Part shown: positions 27,506-47,115 of the stretch, piece by piece
Layout of the letters: each line of letters starts with the position of its first letter
Position numbering within the stretch: the first letter of the stretch is position 1
Origin: Squalus acanthias
Lineage: Eukaryota
Direction: 5' to 3'
DNA length: 63,558 bases
Assembly: GCA_030390025.1 (NCBI GenBank)
Contig: JASTWF010000337.1
Location: 124,001-187,558 of the forward strand
Made by a program: the position numbers and the translations under genes
The notes under the pieces: model-generated
Seen by the model: the letters and a program-made list of their open reading frames with translations, nothing else
The model's database searches: none
Told to the model about the DNA's origin: nothing

Positions 27506-27671
27506 CTGGTGACCCATGTTGTACTTGGTTCTACAGGGGACCCATGCTGGCCTCGCTTCTATGAGTAACACGGCTGGGTCCAGGACTGCAGCTGGCCTGT
27601 GCTGAGCTCAGTTCTACCAATGTTACAGCAACATTACAACAACTTCACCAACGATACAGCAGCTTCACACC

Positions 27672-27816
27672 AACACACACACAGACACACACACACACAC
27701 ACACACACAGACACACACATACACACAGACACACACACACACACAGACACACACACACACACAGACACACACACACACACACAGACACACACACACACAC
27801 AGACACACACACACAG

Positions 27817-27850
<34 letters not shown>

Positions 27851-27864
27851 ACACACACACACAG

Positions 27865-27896
<32 letters not shown>

Positions 27897-28232
27897 ACAC
27901 ATACACACAGACACACACACACACACAGACACACACACACACACACAGACACACACACACACACACACACACAGACACACACACACACACAGACACACAC
28001 ACACAGACACACACACACAGACACACACATACACACAGACACACACACACACACAGACACACACACACACACAGACACACACACACACACAGACACACAC
28101 ACACACACAGACACACACACACACACACATACACACAGACACACACACACACACAGACACACACACACACACACAGACACACACACACACACACACACAC
28201 AGACACACACACACACAGACACACACACACAG

Positions 28233-28264
<32 letters not shown>

Positions 28265-31200
28265 ACACACACACCAACACACACACAGACACCCACACAC
28301 ACACATACACAGACACCCACACACACAGACACACACACACACACACACAGACACACACACAGACACACACAGACACACACAGACACACAGACACACACAC
28401 ACATACAGACACACAGTCACTCACACACACACACACACTCACACAGACACACAGTCACTCACACACACACAAACAGTCACTTACACACTCACAGACACAC
28501 AGTCACTCACACACACACACAGATACTCAAACACACACACAGGTTCACACAGACACAGACACACACACACACAGACACAGACACACACACACACAGACAC
28601 TCACATACACAGACACACACACACACACTCACACACACACACAGACACACACACACACCCACAATCACTCTCACACACACTCAGACGCACAGAAACACAG
28701 ACACACACTCACACACAGACACACAGAGACACACACACAGACACACACACACACAGACACACAGAGACACAGACACACAGAGACACAGACACTCACACAC
28801 ACAGACACACACACACAGACACACACACAGACACACAGTAACTCACACAGACACACACACACTCAGACACACACACAGACACTCACACACACACAGACAC
28901 TCACAGACACAGACACACACACACAGACACACACACAGACTCACACACACACACAGACACACAGACACACACAGACACACAGTAACTCACACAGACACAC
29001 ACACACTCAGACACACACACAGACACTCACACACACACACAGACACTCACAGACACACACACACAGACACACACACAGACACTCACACACACACAGACAC
29101 ACACACACAGACACACAGAGGCATACACAGACATACAGACACACACTCAGACAGACACTCACATACACAGACACACACTCACACAGACACACACACTCAC
29201 ACAGACACTCACACACACAGACACACACACTCACACAGACACTCACACACACAGACACACACACACACAGACTCACACACAGACACACACACACATACAT
29301 ACACAAACACACACATACAGACACAGACACACACACACAGACACTCACACAGACACTCACACAGACACACACACACACAGACACACACTCACACACACAC
29401 ACACACACAGGCACTCACACAGACACTCACACAGACACTCACACAGACACTCACAGACACACACATACATACACAAACACACACATACATACACAAACAC
29501 ACACATACAGACACACACACACACATACATACACAAACACACACATACATACACAAACACACACATACAGACACTCACACAGACACTCACACAGACACAC
29601 ACACACACAGACACAATCACTGTCACACACATACAGACACACAGACACACAGAGGCACACACAGACATACAGACACACACACACACAGACACACAGACAC
29701 AGACACAGACACACACACAGACACACACAGTGACACAAACACTCAAACACACAGACACACACACAGACACACACACAGACACACACACACTCAGACACAC
29801 ACACACAGACACTCACACACACACACAGACACTCTCACACACACACAGACACTCACACTCACAGACACACAGAGGCACACACAGACATACAGACACACAC
29901 TCAGACACACACACAGACACTCACATACACAGACACACACTCACACACACACACACACACACACAGACACACACTCACACAGACACTCACACACACAGAC
30001 ACTCACACACACAGACACACACACACAGACTCACACACAGACACAAACACACACATACAGACACAGACACACACACAGACACTCACATACACAGACACAC
30101 ACTCACACAGACACTCACACACACAGACACACACACACACAGACTCACACACAGACACACACACATACAGAAACACACACATACAGACACAGACACACAC
30201 ACAGACACACACACAGACACACACTCACACACACACACACAGGCACTCACACAGACACTCACACAGACACAGACACACGCACACACACACTCACACACAC
30301 TCACAGACACACACACACACTCACACACAGACACTCACACACAGACACTCACACACTCAGATACACAGACACACATTCAGACACACACACACTCAGACAC
30401 ACACGCAGACACTCAGACACAGATATACACACAGACACTCACACACACAGACACACACTCACAGACACTCACACACACTCACACACAGACACACACACAC
30501 ACAGACACTCACACACACATACACACTCACACACACACTGACACACACAGACACACACACACAGATGGACACAGACACTCACAGACACACACACACAATC
30601 ACACAGACACACAGACACACAGACACACACACACACACACTCACACAGACTCACACACAGACACACACAGACACACACACACACACACACACAGACACAC
30701 ACACACATACAGACACAGACACACAGACACAGACACACATAGAGACACACACTCACACACACACACAGACACTCGCACAGACACTTACACAGACACAGAC
30801 ACACACACACACACACACTCACACACACGCACAGACAGACACTCACACACAGACACTCACACACAGACACTCACACACAGACAGACACTCACACACACAC
30901 ACACACACACACTCAGATACACACACACACACTCAGACACACACACAGTCAGACACACACGCAGACACTCAGACACAGACACACACACAGACACTCACAC
31001 ACACAGACACTCACACTCACATACACACTCACACACACACTGACACACAGACACACACACACAAATGGACACAGACACACACACAATCACACAGACACAC
31101 AGACTTACACACACACACAGACACAGACTCACACACACACACACAGACACACACACATACAGTCACTCACACACACACACAGACACTCACACACAGACAC

Positions 31201-34200
31201 ACACACACAGACACACACACACACACACACACAGTCACTAACACACACACAAACAGTGACTTACACAGACACTCACACACACAGACACTCACACACACAC
31301 TGACACACACAGACACACACACACAGATGGACACAGACACACACAGACACACACACAATCACACAGACACACAGACACACACACACACATAGACACACAC
31401 AGACACACACACACACACACACACAGACACACACACACATACAGACACACAGTCACTCACACACACACACACACTCACACAGACACACAGTCACTCACAC
31501 ACACACAAACAGTCACTTACACACTCACAGACACACAGTCACTCACACACAGATACTCAAACACACACACAGGTTCACACAGACACAGACACACACACAC
31601 ACAGACACAGACACACACACACACAGACACTCACATACACAGACACACACACACACACACTCACACACACACACAGACACACACACACACACAATCACTC
31701 TCACACACACTCAGACGCACAGAAACACAGACATACACTCACACACAGACACACAGAGACACACACACAGACACACACACACACAGACACACAGAGACAC
31801 AGACACACAGAGACACAGACACTCACACACACAGACACACACACACAGACACACACACAGACACACAGTAACTCACACAGACACACACACACTCAGACAC
31901 ACACACAGACACTCACACACACACAGACACTCACAGACACAGACACACACACACAGACACACACACAGACTCACACACACACACAGACACACAGACACAC
32001 ACAGACACACAGTAACTCACACAGACACACACACACTCAGACACACACACAGACACTCACACACACACACAGACACTCACAGACACACACACACAGACAC
32101 TCACACACACACACAGACACACACACACACAGACACACAGAGGCATACACAGACATACAGACACACACTCAGACAGACACTCACATACACAGACACACAC
32201 TCACACAGACACACACACTCACACAGACACTCACACACACAGACACACACACTCACACAGACACTCACACACACAGACACACACACACACAGACTCACAC
32301 ACAGACACACACACACATACATACACAAACACACACATACAGACACAGACACACACACACAGACACTCACACAGACACTCACACAGACACACACACACAC
32401 AGACACAGACACAGACACACATACAGACACACACTCACACACACACACACACAGGCACTCACACAGACACTCACACAGACACTCACACAGACACTCACAG
32501 ACACACACATACATACACAAACACACACATACATACACAAACACACACATACAGACACACACACACACATACATACACAAACACACACATACAGACACTC
32601 ACACAGACACTCACACAGACACACACACACACAGACACAATCACTGTCACACACATACAGACACACAGACACACAGAGGCACACACAGACATACAGACAC
32701 ACACACACACAGACACACAGACACAGACACAGACACACACACAGACACACACACAGACACAAACACTCAAACACACAGACACACACACAGACACACACAC
32801 AGACACACACACACACGCACTCAGACACACACACACAGACACTCACACACACACACAGACACTCTCACACACACACAGACACTCACACTCACAGACACAC
32901 AGAGGCACACACAGACATACAGACACACACTCAGACACACACACAGACACTCACATACACAGACACACACTCACACACACACACACACACACACAGACAC
33001 ACACTCACACAGACACTCACACACACAGACACTCACACAGACACACACACACAGACTCACACACAGACACAAACACACACATACAGACACAGACACACAC
33101 ACAGACACTCACATACACAGACACACACTCACACAGACACTCACACACACAGACACACACACACAGACTCACACACAGACACACACACATACAGAAACAC
33201 ACACATACAGACACAGACACACACACAGACACACACACAGACACACACTCACACACACACACACAGGCACTCACACAGACACTCACACAGACACTCACAC
33301 AGACACAGACACACGCACACACACACTCACACACACTCACAGACACACACACACACTCACACACAGACACTCACACACTCAGATACACAGACACACATTC
33401 AGACACACACACACTCAGACACACACGCAGACACTCAGACACAGATATACACACAGACACTCACACACACAGACACACACTCACAGACACTCACACACAC
33501 TCACACACAGACACACACACACACAGACACTCACACACACATACACACTCACACACACACTGACACACACAGACACACACACACAGATGGACACAGACAC
33601 TCATAGACACACACACACAATCACACAGACACACAGACACACAGACACACACACACACACACTCACACAGACTCACACACAGACACACACAGACACACAC
33701 ACACACACACACAGACACACACACACATACAGACACAGACACACAGACACAGACACACATAGAGACACACACTCACACACACACACAGACACTCGCACAG
33801 ACACTCACACAGACACAGACACACACACACACACTCACACACACACACAGACACACACAGACACTCACACACAGACACTCACACACAGACAGACACTCAC
33901 ACACACACACACACACACACACTCAGATACACACACACACACTCAGACACACACCCAGTCAGACACACACGCAGACACTCAGACACAGACACACACACAG
34001 ACACTCACACACACAGACACACACTCACAGACACTCACACACACACTCACACACACTCACACACAGACACTCACACTCACATACACACTCACACACGCAC
34101 TGACACACACAGACACACACACACAAATGGACACAGACACACACACAATCACACAGACACACAGACTTACACACACACACAGACACAGACTCACACAGAC

Positions 34201-37200
34201 ACACACACACAGACACACACACATACAGTCACTCACACACACACACAGACACTCACACACAGACACACACACACAGACACACACACACACAGTCACTCAC
34301 ACACACACAAACAGTGACTTACACAGACACTCACACACACAGACACTCACACACACACTGACACACACAGACACACACACACAGATGGACACAGACACAC
34401 ACAGACACACACACAATCACACAGACACACAGACACACACACACACATAGACACACACACACAGACACACACTCATACACACACACACAGACACACAGAC
34501 TTACACACACACAGACACTCACATACACAGACACACACACACTCAAACACACACACAGACACTCACACAGACACACACACACACACAATCACTCTCACAC
34601 ACACACAGACGCACAGAAACACAGACACACACTCACACACAGACACACAGAGACACACACACAGACACTCACACACACACAGACACACAGAGACACAGAC
34701 ACACACACAGACACAGACACTCACACACACAGACACACACACACATACACACAGACACACAGACACTCACACAGACACACACACACTCAGACACACACAC
34801 AGACACTCACACACACAGACACACACACACACACACAGACACGCACACACACGTACATACACAAACACACACATACAGACACAGACACACACACAGACAC
34901 TCACACAGACACTCACAGACACACACACACACATACACACAGACACAATCAATGTCACACACACACAGACACACAGAAACACAGACACACACTCACACAC
35001 AGACACACAGAGACACACACAGACACACACACACACAGACACACACACACAGACACACACACACACACAGACACACAGTCACTCACACACACACAAACAG
35101 TGACTTACACAGACACTCACACACAGACACTCACACACACATACACACTCACACACACACTGACACACACAGACACACACACACAGATGGACACAGACAC
35201 ACACAGACACACACACAATCACACAGACACACACACACACATAGACACACACACACAGACACACACACAGACACACACTCATACACACACACACAGACAC
35301 TCACAGACACACACACACACAGACACACACAAAGACACTCACACACACACACAGACACACACACACACAGACACACAGAGGCATACACAGACATACAGAC
35401 ACACACTCAGACAGACACTCACATACACAGACACACACTCACACAGACACACACACTCACACAGACACTCACACACACAGACACACACACTCACACAGAC
35501 ACTCACACACACAGACACACACACACAGAGACTCACACACAGACACACACACACACATACATACACAAACACACACATACAGACACAGACACACACACAC
35601 AGACACTCACACAGACACTCACACAGACACACACACACACAGACACAGACACAGACGCACATACAGACACACACTCACACACACACACACAGGCACTCAC
35701 ACAGACACTCACACAGACACTCACACAGACACTCACAGACACACACATACATACACAAACACACACATACATACACAAACACACACATACAGACACACAC
35801 ACACACATACATACACAAACACACACATACATACACAAACACACACATACAGACACTCACACAGACACTCACACAGACACACACACACAGACACAATCAC
35901 TGTCACACACATACAGACACACAGACACAGAGAGACACACAAAGACATACAGACACACACACACACAGACACACCGACACAGACACAGACACACACACAG
36001 ACACACACAGTGACACAAACACTCAAACACACAGACACACACACAGACACACACACAGACACACACACACACACTCAGACACACACACACAGACACTCAC
36101 ACACACACACAGACACTCACACACACACAGAGGCACACACAGACATACAGACACACACTCAGACACACACACAGACACTCACATACACAGACACACACTC
36201 ACACACACACACACACACAGACACACACTCACACAGACACTCACACACACAGACACTCACACACACAGACACACACACACAGACTCACACACAGACACAA
36301 ACACACACATACAGACACAGACACACACACAGACACTCACATACACAGACACACACTCACACAGACACTCACACACACAGACACACACACACAGACACAC
36401 ACACAGACACACACTCACACACACACAGGCACTCACACAGACACTCACACAGACACAGACACACGCACACACACACTCACACACACTCACAGACACACAC
36501 ACACACTCACACACAGACACTCACACACACAGACACACACACACAGACTCACACACAGACACAAACACACACATACAGACACAGACACACACACAGACAC
36601 TCACATACACAGACACACACTCACACAGACACTCACACACACAGACACACACACACAGACACACACACAGACACACACTCACACACACACAGGCACTCAC
36701 ACAGACACTCACACAGACACAGACACACGCACACACACACTCACACACACTCACAGACACACACACACACTCACACACAGACACTCACACACTCAGATAC
36801 ACAGACACACATTCAGACACACACACACTCAGACACACACGCAGACACTCAGACACAGATATACACACAGACACTCACACACACAGACACACACTCACAG
36901 ACACTCACACACACTCACACACAGACACACACACACACAGACACTCACACACACATACACACTCACACACACACTGACACACACAGACACACACACACAG
37001 ATGGACACAGACACTCACAGACACACACACACAATCACACAGACACACAGACACACAGACACACACACACACTCACACAGACTCACACACAGACACACAC
37101 AGACACACACACACACACACACAGACACACACACACATACAGACACAGACACACAGACACAGACACACATAGAGACACACACTCACACACACACACAGAC

Positions 37201-40200
37201 ACTCGCACAGACACTCACACAGACACAGACACACACACACACACACACTCACACACACACACAGACACACACAGACACTCACACACAGACACTCACACAC
37301 AGACACTCACACACAGACAGACACTCACACACACACACACACACACACTCAGATACACACACACACACTCAGAGACACACACAGTCAGACACACACGCAG
37401 ACACTCAGACACAGACACACACACAGACACTCACACACACAGACACACACTCACAGACACTCACACACACACACTCACACACAGACACTCACACTCACAT
37501 ACACACTCACACACACACTGACACACACAGACACACACACACAAATGGACACAGACACACACACAATCACACAGACACACAGACTTACACACACACACAG
37601 ACACAGACTCACACAGACACACACACACAGACACACACACATACAGTCACTCACACACACACACAGACACTCACACACAGACACACACACACAGACACAC
37701 ACACACACACACACAGTCACTCACACACACACAAACAGTGATTTGCACAGACACTCACACACACAGACACTCACACACACACTGACACACACAGACACAC
37801 ACACACAGATGGACACAGACACACACAGACACACACACAATCACACAGACACACAGACACACACACACACATAGACACACACACACAGACACACACTCAT
37901 ACACACACACACAGACACACAGACTTACACACACACAGACACTCACATACACAGACACACACTCACACACACACTCACACACACACACAGACACTCACAC
38001 AGACACACACACACACACACAATCACTCTCACACACACACAGACGCACAGAAACACAGACACACACTCACACACAGACACACAGAGACACACACACAGAC
38101 ACTCACACACACACAGACACACAGAGACACAGACACACACACAGACACACAGAGACACAGACACTCACACACACAGACACACACACACATACACACAGAC
38201 ACACAGACACTCACACAGACACACACACACTCAGACACACACACAGACACTCACACACACAGACACACACACACACACACAGACACGCACACACACGTAC
38301 ATACACAAACACACACATACAGACACAGACACACACACAGACACTCACACAGACACTCACAGACACACACACACACACACAGACACAATCAATGTCACAC
38401 ACACACAGACACACAGAAACACAGACACACACTCACACACAGACACACAGAGACACACACAGACACACACACACACACAGACACACAGTCACTCACACAC
38501 ACACAAACAGTGACTTACACAGACACTCACACACAGACACTCACACACACATACACACTCACACACACACTGACACACACAGACACACACACACAGATGG
38601 ACACAGACACACACAGACACACACACAATCACACAGACACACACACACACATAGACACACACACACAGACACACACACAGACACACACTCATACACACAC
38701 ACACAGACACACAGACTTACACACACACAGACACTCACATACACAGACACACTCACACACACACACACAGACACTCACACACACAGACACACACTCACAC
38801 ACACACAGACACTCACACAGACACACACACACACACACAATCACTCTCACACACACAGACACACAGTCACTCACACACTCACAGACACACAGTCACTCAC
38901 ACACACACAGATACTCACACACACACACACGTTCACACAGACACAGACACTCACACACACAGACACTCACACACTCAGATACACAGACACACATTCAGAC
39001 ACACACACACTCAGACACACACGCAGACACTCAGACACAGATATACACACAGACACTCACACACACAGACACACACTCACAGACACTCACACACACTCAC
39101 ACACAGACACACACACACACAGACACTCACACACACATACACACTCACACACACACTGACACACACAGACACACACACACAGATGGACACAGACACTCAT
39201 AGACACACACACACAATCACACAGACACACAGACACACAGACACACACACACACACACTCACACAGACTCACACACAGACACACACAGACACACACACAC
39301 ACACACACACAGACACACACACACATACAGACACAGACACACAGACACAGACACACATAGAGACACACACTCACACACACACACAGACACTCGCACAGAC
39401 ACTCACACAGACACAGACACACACACACACACTCACACACACACACAGACACACACAGACACTCACACACAGACACTCACACACAGACAGACACTCACAC
39501 ACACACACACACACACACACTCAGATACACACACACACACTCAGACACACACCCAGTCAGACACACACGCAGACACTCAGACACAGACACACACACAGAC
39601 ACTCACACACACAGACACACACTCACAGACACTCACACACACACTCACACACACTCACACACAGACACTCACACTCACATACACACTCACACACGCACTG
39701 ACACACACAGACACACACACACAAATGGACACAGACACACACACAATCACACAGACACACAGACTTACACACACACACAGACACAGACTCACACAGACAC
39801 ACACACACAGACACACACACATACAGTCACTCACACACACACACAGACACTCACACACAGACACACACACACAGACACACACACACACAGTCACTCACAC
39901 ACACACAAACAGTGACTTACACAGACACTCACACACACAGACACTCACACACACACTGACACACACAGACACACACACACAGATGGACACAGACACACAC
40001 AGACACACACACAATCACACAGACACACAGACACACACACACACATAGACACACACACACAGACACACACTCATACACACACACACAGACACACAGACTT
40101 ACACACACACAGACACTCACATACACAGACACACACACACTCACACACACACACAGACACTCACACAGACACACACACACACACAATCACTCTCACACAC

Positions 40201-43200
40201 ACACAGACGCACAGAAACACAGACACACACTCACACACAGACACACAGAGACACACACACAGACACTCACACACACACAGACACACAGAGACACAGACAC
40301 ACACACAGACACAGACACTCACACACACAGACACACACACACATACACACAGACACACAGACACTCACACAGACACACACACACTCAGACACACACACAG
40401 ACACTCACACACACAGACACACACACACACACACAGACACGCACACACACGTACATACACAAACACACACATACAGACACAGACACACACACAGACACTC
40501 ACACAGACACTCACAGACACACACACACACATACACACAGACACAATCAATGTCACACACACACAGACACACAGAAACACAGACACACACTCACACACAG
40601 ACACACAGAGACACACACAGACACACACACACACAGACACACACACACAGACACACACACACACACAGACACACAGTCACTCACACACACACAAACAGTG
40701 ACTTACACAGACACTCACACACAGACACTCACACACACATACACACTCACACACACACTGACACACACAGACACACACACACAGATGGACACAGACACAC
40801 ACAGACACACACACAATCACACAGACACACACACACACATAGACACACACACACAGACACACACACAGACACACACTCATACACACACACACAGACACTC
40901 ACAGACACACACACACACAGACACACACAAAGACACTCACACACACACACAGACACACACACACACAGACACACAGAGGCATACACAGACATACAGACAC
41001 ACACTCAGACAGACACTCACATACACAGACACACACTCACACAGACACACACACTCACACAGACACTCACACACACAGACACACACACTCACACAGACAC
41101 TCACACACACAGACACACACACACAGAGACTCACACACAGACACACACACACACATACATACACAAACACACACATACAGACACAGACACACACACACAG
41201 ACACTCACACAGACACTCACACAGACACACACACACACAGACACAGACACAGACGCACATACAGACACACACTCACACACACACACACACAGGCACTCAC
41301 ACAGACACTCACACAGACACTCACACAGACACTCACAGACACACACATACATACACAAACACACACATACATACACAAACACACACATACAGACACACAC
41401 ACACACATACATACACAAACACACACATACATACACAAACACACACATACAGACACTCACACAGACACTCACACAGACACACACACACAGACACAATCAC
41501 TGTCACACACATACAGACACACAGACACAGAGAGACACACAAAGACATACAGACACACACACACACAGACACACCGACACAGACACAGACACACACACAG
41601 ACACACACAGTGACACAAACACTCAAACACACAGACACACACACAGACACACACACAGACACACACACACACACTCAGACACACACACACAGACACTCAC
41701 ACACACACACAGACACTCTCACACACACACAGACACTCACACTCACAGACACACAGAGGCACACACAGACATACAGACACACACTCAGACACACACACAG
41801 ACACTCACATACACAGACACACACTCACACACACACACACACACAGACACACACTCACACAGACACTCACACACACAGACACTCACACACACAGACACAC
41901 ACACACAGACTCACACACAGACACAAACACACACATACAGACACAGACACACACACAGACACTCACATACACAGACACACACTCACACAGACACTCACAC
42001 ACACAGACACACACACACAGACACACACACAGACACACACTCACACACACACAGGCACTCACACAGACACTCACACAGACACAGACACACGCACACACAC
42101 ACTCACACACACTCACAGACACACACACACACTCACACACAGACACTCACACACTCAGATACACAGACACACATTCAGACACACACACACTCAGACACAC
42201 ACGCAGACACTCAGACACAGATATACACACAGACACTCACACACACAGACACACACTCACAGACACTCACACACACTCACACACAGACACACACACACAC
42301 AGACACTCACACACACATACACACTCACACACACACTGACACACACAGACACACACACACAGATGGACACAGACACTCACAGACACACACACACAATCAC
42401 ACAGACACACAGACACACAGACACACACACACACTCACACAGACTCACACACAGACACACACAGACACACACACACACACACACAGACACACACACACAT
42501 ACAGACACAGACACACAGACACAGACACACATAGAGACACACACTCACACACACACACAGACACTCGCACAGACACTCACACAGACACAGACACACACAC
42601 ACACACACACTCACACACACACACAGACACACACAGACACTCACACACAGACACTCACACACAGACACTCACACACAGACAGACACTCACACACACACAC
42701 ACACACACACTCAGATACACACACACACACTCAGAGACACACACAGTCAGACACACACGCAGACACTCAGACACAGACACACACACAGACACTCACACAC
42801 ACAGACACACACTCACAGACACTCACACACACACACTCACACACAGACACTCACACTCACATACACACTCACACACACACTGACACACACAGACACACAC
42901 ACACAAATGGACACAGACACACACACAATCACACAGACACACAGACTTACACACACACACAGACACAGACTCACACAGACACACACACACAGACACACAC
43001 ACATACAGTCACTCACACACACACACAGACACTCACACACAGACACACACACACAGACACACACACACACACACACACAGTCACTCACACACACACAAAC
43101 AGTGACTTACACAGACACTCACACACACAGACACTCACACACACACTGACACACACAGACACACACACACAGATGGACACAGACACACACAGACACACAC

Positions 43201-44940
43201 ACAATCACACAGACACACAGACACACACACACACATAGACACACACACACAGACACACACTCATACACACACACACAGACACACAGACTTACACACACAC
43301 AGACACTCACATACACAGACACACACTCACACACACACTCACACACACACACAGACACTCACACAGACACACACACACACACACAATCACTCTCACACAC
43401 ACACAGACGCACAGAAACACAGACACACACTCACACACAGACACACAGAGACACACACACAGACACTCACACACACACAGACACACAGAGACACAGACAC
43501 ACACACAGACACACAGAGACACAGACACTCACACACACAGACACACACACACATACACACAGACACACAGACACTCACACAGACACACACACACTCAGAC
43601 ACACACACAGACACTCACACACACAGACACACACACACACACACAGACACGCACACACACGTACATACACAAACACACACATACAGACACAGACACACAC
43701 ACAGACACTCACACAGACACACACACACACACACAGACACAATCAATGTCACACACACACAGACACACAGAAACACAGACACACACTCACACACAGACAC
43801 ACAGAGACACACACAGACACACACACACACAGACACACACACACAGACACACACACACACACAGACACACAGTCACTCACACACACACAAACAGTGACTT
43901 ACACAGACACTCACACACAGACACTCACACACACATACACACTCACACACACACTGACACACACAGACACACACACACAGATGGACACAGACACACACAG
44001 ACACACACACAATCACACAGACACACACACACACATAGACACACACACACAGACACACACACAGACACACACTCATACACACACACACAGACACACAGAC
44101 TTACACACACACAGACACTCACATACACAGACACACTCACACACACACACACAGACACTCACACACACAGACACACACTCACACACACACAGACACTCAC
44201 ACAGACACACACACACACACACAATCACTCTCACACACACACAGACACACAGTCACTCACACACTCACAGACACACAGTCACTCACACACACACAGATAC
44301 TCACACACACACACACGTTCACACAGACACAGACACTCACACACACAGACACTCACACACACACACACACTCTCACACACAGACACACACACACACAGAC
44401 ACACACACACACAGACACTCACATACACAGACACACACTCACACACACACAGACACTCTCACAGACACACAGAGACACACACACAGACACTCACACACAC
44501 AGACACACAGAGACACAGACACACACACAGACACACAGAGACACAGACACTCACACACACAGACACACACACAATGACATACACACAGACACACAGACAC
44601 TCACACACACACACAGACACACACACATACAGACACACAGAGGCACACACAGACATACAGACACACACTCAGACAGACACTCACATACACAGACACACAC
44701 TCACACACACACACACACACAGACACACACACTCACACAGACACTCACACACAGACACACACACACACATACATACACAGACACACACATACAGACACAG
44801 ACACACACACACAGACACAGACACTCACACACATACAGACACACACTCACACGCACACACACAGACACACCCACAGTCACACACACCCACAGTCACACAC
44901 ACAGACTCACACTCACACTCACACAGACACACACACAGAC
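27672..44940. repeat. Compound (CA)n/CAGA/CTCA satellite, 17.3 kb, with ~3.0-kb and ~5.6-kb higher-order periods
   Basis: Continuous acacacagacacactcac variants; markers aggttcacac at 28541/31571 and acaccgacac at 35971/41571. Confidence 0.97.
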
Positions 44941-44943
44941 AAA

Positions 44944-45100
44944 CGCTACTTCCGTGGCTCATGAATCCTCCCCCAAGGCCTGCCAGTGCTACAGATGAAT
45001 GTTACAATGAAACACCCATGAAGACAAGGATCAGGACTGAACATGTCACTGGGCTGCTGAAAGGAAGGTTCTGGTGTCCAGAAAGGTCAGGGAATCCTTG
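44944..45100 (+). pseudogene. PIF/Harbinger (HARBI1-like, DDE_Tnp_4) transposase fragment, C-terminal catalytic part, inverted relative to the other pieces
   Basis: LLPWLMNPPPRPASATDECYNETPMKTRIRTEHVTGLLKGRFWCPERSG resembles the family pattern PLLPWLMTP...YN.AH..TR..IE..IG.LK.RFRCLDRSG. Confidence 0.85.
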
Positions 45101-45174
45101 CCGTCGGTGCCCAGTTCATCTTGTAAAATGTGGGAGCATGTTGTTGATATCAAATAGCCTGATGATAACAATAC

Positions 45175-45648
45175 TGTGTGTGTATGTGTGTTAGTGTCTG
45201 TGACTGTGTGAGTGCGTCTGTGAGTGAGTGAGTGTGTCTGTGTGTGTGTGTCCCTGTCTGTGTGTCTGTGTGTGTGTCTGTGTGTCTGTGTGTGTGTCTG
45301 TGTGTGTGTGTGTCTGTGTCTGTGTGTCTGTCTGTGTGTGTGTGTGTGTGTGTGTCTGTGTCTATGTGTCTGTCTGTGTCTGTGTGTGTGTCCCTGTCTG
45401 TGTGTCTGTGTCTGTGTGTGTGTCTGTCTGTCTGTGTGTGGGTGTGTGTCTGTGTGTGTGTGTGTGTGTGTCGCTGTCTGTGTGTGTATGTGTACCTGTC
45501 TATGTGTGTGTGTGTGTGTCTGTGTGTGTGTGTCCCTGTCTGTGTGTGTGTGTCCCTGTCTGTGTGTGTGTGTGTCTGTGTCTGTGTGTGTGTGTCTGTG
45601 TGTCTGTGTCTGTGTGTGTCTGTGTCTCTGTGTGTGTGTGTCCCTGTC

Positions 45649-45687
<39 letters not shown>

Positions 45688-46441
45688 GTCTGTGTGTGTG
45701 TGTCCCTGTCTGTGTGTGTGTGTCTGTGTCTGTGTGTGTGTGTATGTGTGTGTGTCTGTGTGTCTGTCTGTGTCTGTGTGTGTCTGTGTCTCTGTGTTTG
45801 TGTATGTGTGTATGTGTGTGTCCCTGTCTGTGTTTGTGTGTCTGTGTGTGTGTGTGTCTGTGTCTCTGTGTTTGTGTATGTGTGTCTGTGTGTGTCCCTG
45901 TCTGTGTGTGTGTGTCTGTGTCTGTGTGTGTGTGTATGTGTGTGTGTGTGTGTGTCTGTCTGTGTCTGTGTGTGTCTGTGTCTGTGTATGTGTGTCTGTG
46001 TGTGTCTCTGTCTGTGTGTGTCTGTCTGTGTGTGTGTGTGTCTGTGTCTCTGTGTTTGTGTATGTGTGTCTGTGTGTGTCCCTGTCTGTGTGTGTGTGTC
46101 TGTGTCTGTGTGTGTGTGTCTGTGTCTGTGTGTGTGTGTATGTGTGTGTGTCTGTGTGTCTGTCTGTGTCTGTGTGTGTCTGTGTCTCTGTGTTTGTGTA
46201 TGTGTGTCTGTGTGTGTCCCTGTCTGTGTGTGTGTGTCTGTGTCTGTGTGTCTGTGTGTGTGTCTTTGTCTCTGTGTCCCTGTGTGTCTCTGTCTGTGTG
46301 TCTGTGTATGTGTGTCTGTGTGTGTCTGTCTGTCTGTGTGTGTGTGTGTGTGTGTCTGTGTCTATGTGTCTGTCTGTGTGTCTGTGTGTCTCTGTCTCTG
46401 TGTTACTGTGTGTCTGTGTCTGTGTGGCTATGTGACTGTGT

Positions 46442-46478
<37 letters not shown>

Positions 46479-46493
46479 TATCTCTGTCTGTGT

Positions 46494-46531
<38 letters not shown>

Positions 46532-46773
46532 GTGTCTGTGTGTCCCTGTCTGTGTGTGTGTGTCTGTGTCTGTGTGTCTGTGTGTGTGTGTGTCTTTGTC
46601 TCTGTGTCCCTGTGTGTCTCTGTCTGTGTGTCTGTGTATGTGTGTCTGTGTGTGTCTGTCTGTCTGTGTGTGTGTGTGTGTCTGTGTCTATGTGTCTGTC
46701 TGTGTGTCTGTGTGTCTCTGTCTCTGTGTTACTGTGTGTCTGTGTCTGTGTGGCTATGTGACTGTGTGTGTCT

Positions 46774-46807
<34 letters not shown>

Positions 46808-47081
46808 CTATCTCTGTCTGTGTGTGTGAGTGTGTGTGTGTGTGTCCCTGTGTCCCTGTGTCCCTGTGTCTGTGTGTGCCTGTCTGTGTGTCTGTCTGTG
46901 TGTGTCTGTGTCCCTGTGTGTGTGTGTCTGTGTGTGTGTGGCTGTGTGTCTGTGTGGGTGTGTGTCTGTGTGTGTGTGTGGATGTGTGTCTGTGTGTGTC
47001 TGTGTGTGTGTGTGTCTGTGTGTGTATGTGTGTCTGTGTGTCTGTGTGTGTGTGTCCCTGTCTGTGTCTGTGTCTGTGTCT

Positions 47082-47115
<34 letters not shown>

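Noticed and set aside
27506..27671. Possible plus-strand exon after ttggttctacag (27536)
   Set aside because: Stops in all three frames within ~70 nt and no recognisable peptide.
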